Shown here one piece after another: positions 61,901 to 64,000 of a stretch of DNA of 64,000 nt (within the stretch, counting starts at the first letter, position 1; each line of letters begins with the position of its first letter). The notes under the pieces are model-generated. The model was given only the letters and a program-made list of their open reading frames with translations, was not told the origin of the DNA and made no database searches. This DNA is from Paragordius varius (lineage: Eukaryota; Animalia; Nematomorpha). Location of the stretch: assembly GCA_964247055.1 (NCBI GenBank), contig OZ176053.1, positions 11,780,001 through 11,844,000 on the forward strand, in the 5' to 3' direction. Both the position numbers and the translations under genes were made by a program.

Positions 61901-62804
61901 ACCCTGCTGTAACTACAACCTCTGTCCGAATCCCTTCACAACTGAGTATATTTCGATTGAGTTTTACAGATTTAAAAATGATTATTTTATTGTGATCGCA
62001 TTTTTTTAGATATTATTAAATATAGTTTAAGGTTTTTATGTTCAATCAATTAACTCATCCGGTTGCTGGTTTAATTTGACAATAATAATTTCTTTCTTTG
62101 TTGAAAAATTAACTTAGGTCCACCATCTAAACCTCGCAATATTCGTGTCACTGAAACCCGTGAAGGTAGTTGTGAATTTAGAATTGTATGGGAGACTCCG
62201 GAATGCGATGGTGGTTCGCCTGTTAGGGTTTACAATCTCGAATTGTCGTCAAACAATGAATTAACCTGGGAACGCATTGTTTCCATAGATAGTGAATCCG
62301 TGAGAGAAACTATTATTCGCGGACTAAAACCCGAAATTTCTTATGTTGTCAGGATACAAGCAGAAAATGACATTGGTGCTAGTAGTTTCGAAACAAGTGC
62401 TCCTTTCAGATCTCGGGGTATATTTACTTATCAATTTTTTAATGGCAATCATGCATTGTAATTGCAGATAAAATATTTTAATATTATGGAGATATCAGTT
62501 ATTTTTTGATAAATATAATAAATATTACGGATTAATTTATCATATGTAATAAATAAAATACATTTAATTTTAATTCATATAATACACCAATTATAAAAAA
62601 ATGGTTTTTTTATTATAAAACTCATATTTTTTTCGTTATAATATGTTAGGTGAAGAATTGATCCCTGAAATAACTTCAGAAACGGCCAACACCTCTGAAA
62701 TAAGTGAATATTTCTACGGATTTATATTGTATTCAGAAGATATTCCAATACCTCCTAATCATAACCCAAATCTTTTTGATGACGACCCTAACTCGAATAA
62801 TTAG
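1..62804 (+). CDS. Giant titin-like multi-Ig/Fn3 muscle protein gene (sallimus/kettin-type); 5'-partial, ~113 exons, ~10,000 aa in window
   Basis: Repeated I-set Ig motifs (PPxF...W-[YF]-K-D/N-G...D-x-G-x-Y-x-C-x-A-x-N-x-x-G) in GT-AG-bounded exons with matching phases; three C-terminal Fn3 domains (PxPPxNL...WxxPxxDGGSPxxxY). Orthology is inferred from motif recognition only. Confidence 0.9.
250..487 (+). CDS. Exon: Ig domain remainder, IEPTQ...VGWYKDGK...DSGEYVCVIRNSNGQALSKCRIVCE
   Basis: aag acceptor at 247-249, donor g|gtac at 488; Ig Trp and DSGEYxC motifs; not in the ORF track in this frame. Confidence 0.85.
720..872 (+). CDS. Exon: kettin-type Ig N-half, DFGQPPHFVNR...EPASDQSMNIEWFFNGQPLRN
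   Basis: tttag acceptor, g|gtaaat donor; overlaps ORF 710..997. Confidence 0.88.
1065..1208 (+). CDS. Exon: kettin-type Ig C-half, GYRTKTTHEFGYTILDISSIQSEDSGVYECRATNNYGS
   Basis: catag acceptor, a|gtaaat donor; DSGxYxCxAxNxxG motif. Confidence 0.88.
1510..1608 (+). CDS. Linker exon, KPRSSHTSPTKTNNFETYVRKETTEDTVSSLLK
   Basis: tttag acceptor, g|gtgtgc donor; 99 nt, symmetric phase 1. Confidence 0.7.
3268..3345 (-). mobile_element. Degraded mariner (Tc1/mariner) transposase N-terminal fragment in intron
   Basis: Minus strand reads HFHYKNAAE*DRLLAEAYGEHA, resembling the mariner N-terminal HTH motif (KxAAExHRxLxEAYGExA); in-frame stop; similarity lost afterwards. Confidence 0.55.
3824..3854. 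repeat. (AT)n microsatellite
   Basis: ~15 uninterrupted AT units. Confidence 0.95.
4355..4386. repeat. (TA)n microsatellite, one interruption, directly upstream of a splice acceptor
   Basis: tatatata...tatgtatatatata ending ~10 nt before the acceptor at 4395-4396. Confidence 0.9.
4397..4552 (+). CDS. Exon: Ig N-half, VLETIEEPPAFKVPLKNLEVFEGETTHF...EWFFNDEPLL
   Basis: caag acceptor, g|gtattt donor; ORF 4399..4629. Confidence 0.88.
4630..5257 (+). CDS. Exon: Ig C-half plus one full Ig with a Ser/Thr-rich insertion
   Basis: ORF 4653..5273; DSGTY and DAGRY motifs. 3' end placed at phase-2 donor aa|gttacc to match the acceptor at 5422; the gtatgt donor at 5190 is an alternative. Confidence 0.75.
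5423..5583 (+). CDS. Exon: linker and Ig start, IETTIETK...SPRILHPLRDF...YFQCTISAHP
   Basis: gtatag acceptor, g|gttttt donor; open frame. Confidence 0.75.
5660..6057 (+). CDS. Exon: Ig C-part and next Ig N-half (DEGMY; GPSFVRSI...GKPRPTVHWFKD)
   Basis: ORF 5749..6081; ttttag acceptor; cag|gtacaa phase-0 donor. Confidence 0.88.
7461..7590 (+). CDS. Exon: Ig C-half, ISFSGSTCKLTITNCTQEDNGTYVCKAENVAGKAECTAALVVE
   Basis: Long polypyrimidine acceptor ttttcttag; strong donor c|gtaaga. Confidence 0.9.
7591..7808 (+). CDS. Possible alternative terminal exon extension (read-through of the 7591 donor to a stop)
   Basis: 72 further sense codons of hydrophilic, coding-like composition (RKKEPESYIARTDVD...KILNNE*). 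Confidence 0.45.
8444..8824 (+). CDS. Exon: linker plus full Ig (TPHIITPL...WSKDEK...DEGVYTC)
   Basis: ORF 8413..8835; tttttag acceptor; g|gtattg donor. Confidence 0.9.
11866..12368 (+). CDS. Cassette 1: linker exon 11866-11966 plus Ig exon 12074-12368
   Basis: PELISPIAPVS|VPQGESATLTC...RWYHG...DQGVYTC; phases 1-0-1. Confidence 0.85.
12464..12969 (+). CDS. Cassette 2: linker exon 12464-12567 plus Ig exon 12681-12969
   Basis: PELVSPLPPIL|AKKGETATLTC...RWYHG...DQGLYTC; phases 1-0-1. Confidence 0.85.
13700..14387 (+). CDS. Cassette 3: linker exon 13700-13794 plus Ig exon 14072-14387
   Basis: PKLVSPLPPIS|VSTGLTAKLSC...RWYRD...DQGLYTC; phases 1-0-1. Confidence 0.85.
15121..15782. mobile_element. 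Putative TA-flanked MITE with GGTCA/TGACC palindrome-rich ends
   Basis: ta|cggttgtgc at the left end, gcacaaccc|ta at the right end; both ends carry ggtcatgacc palindromes; related end sequence at ~8938-8992. Confidence 0.5.
15838..16399 (+). CDS. Cassette 4: linker exon 15838-15941 plus Ig exon 16105-16399
   Basis: PKLISPLPPIT|VPEGETAKLTC...RWYHD...DQGLYIC; phases 1-0-1. Confidence 0.85.
16610..16718. mobile_element. 109-bp mini-MITE, TA-flanked
   Basis: Inverted ends cagtagcgtggtaaaaaacaa and ttgctttttaccatacgccactg; ta on both sides. Confidence 0.6.
16998..17481 (+). CDS. Cassette 5: linker exon 16998-17110 plus Ig exon 17187-17481
   Basis: PRLISPLPPIT|VSEGKTATLTC...RWYHG...DEGLYTC; phases 1-0-1. 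Confidence 0.85.
17598..18204 (+). CDS. Two low-complexity E/T/P/I-rich linker exons (17598-17650, 17830-18204)
   Basis: Donor cga|gtaagt at 17651; ORF 17902..18258; gtg|gtatat phase-0 donor matches the next exon. Confidence 0.75.
19858..20735 (+). CDS. Canonical titin/sls-like Ig split over exons 19858-20019 and 20594-20735
   Basis: SPYVVKPLQNI...FECVIIGRPVPQITWYHG|EFQTLQRSDGTCLLFIPEVFPEDEGGYTCRAENSEG. Confidence 0.9.
21182..21389 (+). CDS. Acidic linker exon, FSYLADREEAST...EEKHLPELPK
   Basis: Part of ORF 21070..21399; phase-2 donor aa|gtctgt matches the acceptor at 21772. Confidence 0.7.
21773..22317 (+). CDS. Exon: S/T-rich linker plus Ig with a long C-D insertion (WYKDGK...AQGYYECQAEDGFG)
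   Basis: ORF 21918..22673; strong donor g|gtaagg at 22318. Confidence 0.85.
22318..22673 (+). CDS. Probable alternative terminal exon ending in a hydrophobic, transmembrane-like tail
   Basis: ~118 stop-free codons past the donor, ending FTIIKALIILSLSVALYLFYAYVPPKLV*. Confidence 0.55.
23362..23637 (+). CDS. Single-exon Ig domain (EWTFNDK...NSGVYKC)
   Basis: ORF 23376..23648; symmetric phase 1, 276 nt. Confidence 0.85.
24525..24893 (+). CDS. Divergent Ig-like exon (KQGIYEV)
   Basis: ORF 24485..24928; ccag acceptor, g|gtatgt donor; 369 nt. Confidence 0.7.
26838..26858. repeat. (TA)n microsatellite
   Basis: ~10 TA units. Confidence 0.9.
27122..29192 (+). CDS. Very large exon (~690 aa): unique acidic regions plus two Ig domains with long insertions
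   Basis: ORF 27137..29212; PPYFTRVL...DANIYTCEAINEIG and PPRFVQSL...DEDVYTCVAHNDLG; 5' boundary uncertain because of a phase mismatch. Confidence 0.85.
29663..30157 (+). CDS. Exon: linker plus Ig (GQPRPKVTWYKDG...NGTYTCVATNYYG)
   Basis: ORF 29650..30183; tgtag acceptor; g|gtatgt donor. Confidence 0.9.
30266..31842 (+). CDS. Ig domain split over exons 30266-30474, 31324-31658 and 31733-31842, with a ~65-aa insertion
   Basis: APIFTKPLGSQ|VIEVK...LECQ...VKWFFEK...[insert]...KDGK|ILLYITNVGPQDEGTYTCETKNELG; phases 1-0-2-1 consistent. Confidence 0.8.
32060..33087 (+). CDS. Two short symmetric linker exons (32060-32122, 33022-33087)
   Basis: 63 and 66 nt, phase 1, gtaatt donors; E/T/P-rich. Confidence 0.65.
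33858..34148 (+). CDS. Single-exon Ig (WTKNGQ...DAGHYVC)
   Basis: ORF 33872..34162; a|gtaaga donor; 291 nt. Confidence 0.88.
34295..35619 (+). CDS. Five short E/K/T/P/H-rich exons (34295-34405, 35022-35120, 35238-35334, 35411-35470, 35573-35619)
   Basis: All open in mutually compatible phases (1-1-1-2-2-1); one junction needs a GC donor at 35471. Confidence 0.6.
34445..34738. mobile_element. Non-autonomous hAT-family element (294 bp)
   Basis: Imperfect 15-bp TIRs (cagggatgtctaaca / tgttggacacgccta) and a perfect 8-bp TSD gtattaag at 34437-34444 and 34739-34746. Confidence 0.85.
35678..36574 (+). CDS. Exon with two divergent short Ig domains plus linker
   Basis: ORF 35716..36591; DIGVY and DQGFY motifs; 897 nt, phase 1. 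Confidence 0.8.
36575..36602 (+). other. Putative 28-nt GT-AG intron
   Basis: gtttagatcaactttaatatatatatag; contains the in-frame TAA; removal restores the frame into the next Ig exon. Confidence 0.6.
36603..36866 (+). CDS. Array-boundary Ig exon (B-type 3' two-thirds, divergent 5' third)
   Basis: EEKNELKKVEKINAYLGDTVEISVSLSRYIEDVKWRKDNIE..., identical to the repeat from ~36693; 264 nt, phase 1. Confidence 0.8.
36867..36898 (+). other. 32-nt GT-AG intron (first of 26 copies)
   Basis: gtatccataaatgttcttataataataattag; its TAG ends each 197-aa ORF; length not a multiple of 3, so splicing is required for continuity. Confidence 0.75.
36899..51760 (+). CDS. 50 tandem Cys-free Ig exons alternating type A and type B (267 nt each; ~4,450 aa)
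   Basis: Unit 1: exon A 36899-37165, intron 37166-37195, exon B 37196-37462, intron 37463-37494. W-K-K-D/W-R-K-D and DSGVY/DKGVY motifs; all exons phase 1. Confidence 0.85.
37166..37195 (+). other. 30-nt in-frame GT-AG intron (first of 25 copies)
   Basis: gttttatcgttcacgctaatgttttattag; CTAAT branch-like motif; removal leaves two equal 267-nt exons. Confidence 0.65.
51793..51930 (+). CDS. Possible linker exon starting with the A-type repeat sequence, EVPVEKIDYIENEY...PTPLTPVT
   Basis: Frame stays open after the repeat ends at ~51811; the only phase-compatible donor gives a 22-nt intron. Confidence 0.4.
51953..52201 (+). CDS. Divergent single-exon Ig (DRGFY)
   Basis: 3' part of ORF 51811..52215; 249 nt, phase 1. 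Confidence 0.75.
52420..52671 (+). CDS. Single-exon Ig, type C (EAEEGSTLEL...DEGTY)
   Basis: ORF 52464..52706; t|gtaaat donor. Confidence 0.88.
53947..54219 (+). CDS. Single-exon Ig, type D (EEDERLELSV...DSGIY)
   Basis: ORF 53940..54284; 273 nt, phase 1. Confidence 0.9.
54284..54316. repeat. (AT)n microsatellite
   Basis: ~16 AT units. Confidence 0.95.
54967..55239 (+). CDS. Single-exon Ig, type D (close paralogue of 53947-54219)
   Basis: ORF 54924..55271; same 273-nt length; t|gtaagt donor. Confidence 0.9.
55585..55857 (+). CDS. Single-exon Ig, type E (EEGEQMELSV...DSGTY)
   Basis: ORF 55641..55886; 273 nt. Confidence 0.9.
56305..56562 (+). CDS. Single-exon Ig, type C (EAEEGSTLEV...WYKND...DAALY)
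   Basis: Absent from the ORF track; tagcag acceptor, c|gtaagt donor; 258 nt. Confidence 0.85.
57307..57570 (+). CDS. Single-exon Ig, type F (EIDEGETLEL...DEGTY)
   Basis: ORF 57321..57602; 264 nt. Confidence 0.9.
57641..57900. mobile_element. Non-autonomous hAT-like element (260 bp)
   Basis: Ends cagtggtagct and agctacgcctctg; 8-bp TSD actgacaa/actgataa (7/8 match); GC-rich island in an AT-rich intron. Confidence 0.75.
58061..58318 (+). CDS. Single-exon Ig, type C (EAEEGSTLEI...DEGLY)
   Basis: Absent from the ORF track; c|gtaagt donor; 258 nt. Confidence 0.87.
58639..58911 (+). CDS. Single-exon Ig, type D
   Basis: ORF 58698..58922; 273 nt. Confidence 0.9.
58923..58956. repeat. (AT)17 microsatellite inside a 100-nt intron
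   Basis: Uninterrupted AT run 11 nt after the donor. Confidence 0.95.
59012..59284 (+). CDS. Single-exon Ig, type E
   Basis: ORF 59041..59307; 273 nt. Confidence 0.9.
59552..59824 (+). CDS. Single-exon Ig, type E/F-like
   Basis: ORF 59530..59853; 273 nt. Confidence 0.9.
60121..60387 (+). CDS. Single-exon Ig (WKKDGE...DTGEY)
   Basis: ORF 60159..60404; tgcag acceptor; c|gtatgt donor. Confidence 0.9.
60520..60807 (+). CDS. Single-exon Ig (FEIPLKDINIVEG...EEGTY)
   Basis: ORF 60546..60830; a|gtaagt donor. Confidence 0.9.
60886..61422 (+). CDS. Fn3 domain 1 (exons 60886-60987, 61219-61422)
   Basis: VPSQPTNL...KWNQPDSEGGSPIT|NYTIEIRD...YRIRVRAINKVGPSKP. Confidence 0.9.
61628..61945 (+). CDS. 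Fn3 domain 2
   Basis: PSPPRNL...WDIPETDGGSPLIGYIIE...YYFRVFAYNDVG. Confidence 0.92.
62118..62417 (+). CDS. Fn3 domain 3
   Basis: PPSKPRNI...WETPECDGGSPVRVYNLE...YVVRIQAENDIG. Confidence 0.92.
62650..62804 (+). CDS. Probable last coding exon, GEELIPEITSE...DDDPNSNN*
   Basis: ttag acceptor in phase 1; 50 codons to TAG; an internal a|gtgaat donor at 62704 could let the gene continue. Confidence 0.55.
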
Positions 62805-63541
62805 CTTATATTTTTTATCACTTGATTGTATATCATCATTTTTTTATCTGATTACCCTTAATCTATTTAATGTTAATTCTTGTCCTATAAATTTCATTCA
62901 TTAGATTGGCATGTAAAATTACTTAAAATCCCATAAAATCTCAAAATTTAATTAGTTTATAATTTATTGTATGTTTCATTTAATATATTTAGTTAACTTT
63001 GACGGTTTTGAAAAACATATTATGTCTTTTTTTTATCATAACATGTCGATGATTTCAAAATAAGTTATATTAATAAATACTACATATTTTAGATTTTTTG
63101 TGATATTTACAGCTCAGAAATCAGTTCTTTTTGAGTTTTTATGGCTATTAAAATTTAAAGATATCAATTAGGATTAGAAGTAAAAATAAATAAGTCATGA
63201 AAATATCAAATTTTTTGTTTATTACTTTGTCAGAGAAATTAATTATCACTTAAATATATAACACTACTCAACAAGGTTTTGCATCACCCCCTTTTTTGCA
63301 TTTTCTGTTACCTAAGGCTTATTTTTACTTTTTTATGATCGGCTGGCGCGGAGTAGAACTTGGTATGTTTACTCCCGAGATGTGTATACCTTTTAATTTT
63401 ATAGGAAATCTTGTATTCGGTGATAAATGGATTTTATCTATTATCTTCATCAATCCATTGTCAGTTTTATCATTCGTAAGATACTGATTCTTTCTATAGA
63501 TTCTTATATCTCAGTACACCACCACTAAGCCAAATTCCTTC

Positions 63542-64000
63542 ATGGAAAGCAATAACTCTAAAATAAGCTCCCGTAATTTACCAATAAATATGGCGACTAG
63601 GAATATACGTGGCAGTTCTGATAACAAATTGGATATAATAATTCGCGAGATGAAACGTTTAAACATCCATGTGTTAGGGCTGTCGGAGACTCATATGCAA
63701 CAAAACTCACCCAAAATATACGACAATTACTCGTTTTATAACTCAGGCGGGGAGCTCAAACGAAATGGATGCGGTTTCTTAATATCGAATTATCTTGCCG
63801 AACATACCGATATATATAGACCTATCTCCGATCGAATTATATCCCTACGAATTAACACGAGACCCTAGGCTATAACAATATATCAAATCTATGCTCCCAC
63901 GAGTGTCTCACCCGAAGACAAATGCGAAAAGTTCTATAATGAGTTACAAATGGCTCTCTGTGAAACATCCAAAAAAGACATAACTTTCATCATCGGCGAT
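63542..64000 (+). mobile_element. Non-LTR retrotransposon (RTE-like) AP-endonuclease 5' fragment, inactivated; runs off the window
   Basis: ATRNIRG...VLGLSET...GCGFLI...SDRIISLRI...*AITIYQIYAPT...FYNEL...FIIGD; the same frame continues past the TAG at 63866-63868. Confidence 0.85.

Noticed and set aside
62704-63487. ORFs 62704..62904 and 63296..63487 as further exons
   Set aside because: Hydrophobic AT-driven composition, no phase-compatible splice sites and no Ig/Fn3 motifs.
1-64000. tRNA, rRNA or other structured ncRNA genes
   Set aside because: No cloverleaf, A/B-box pair or rRNA-like segment was recognised by eye; a tRNAscan/Infernal run would be needed to exclude small intronic RNAs.

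Overview
AT-rich animal genomic DNA. Almost the whole window (1 to ~62,800, + strand) is one giant, highly spliced Ig/Fn3 muscle-scaffold gene of the titin/sallimus-kettin type, already under way at base 1. By hand I could thread about 113 exons, about 30 kb of CDS or about 10,000 aa, with compatible intron phases at every junction except one (24893/27122). Architecture from 5' to 3': kettin-like I-set Ig domains; five diverged linker+Ig exon-pair cassettes; Ig domains with unusually long loop insertions; a run of short E/K/T/P-rich exons; a 15-kb homogenised array; diverged single-exon Ig domains; three Fn3 domains; and a probable stop at 62,804 with no kinase in view. The main finding is the array at 36.7-51.8 kb: 25 near-identical 596-bp units. 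Each unit is two 267-nt phase-1 Ig exons joined by putative GT-AG introns of only 30 and 32 nt, with further 28-nt and possibly 22-24-nt introns at the array edges. The array is GC-enriched, carries only in-frame indels, and shows mosaic shared variants. Two strong donors are followed by long read-through ORFs that look like alternative last exons, and one of these ends in a transmembrane-like helix (22,318-22,673). Introns hold hAT-type and TA-flanked MITEs, a mariner remnant and (AT)n tracts. A decayed RTE-like LINE endonuclease starts at 63,542. All exon, splice and domain calls are manual readings of the sequence; no alignment, database search or RNA evidence was available.
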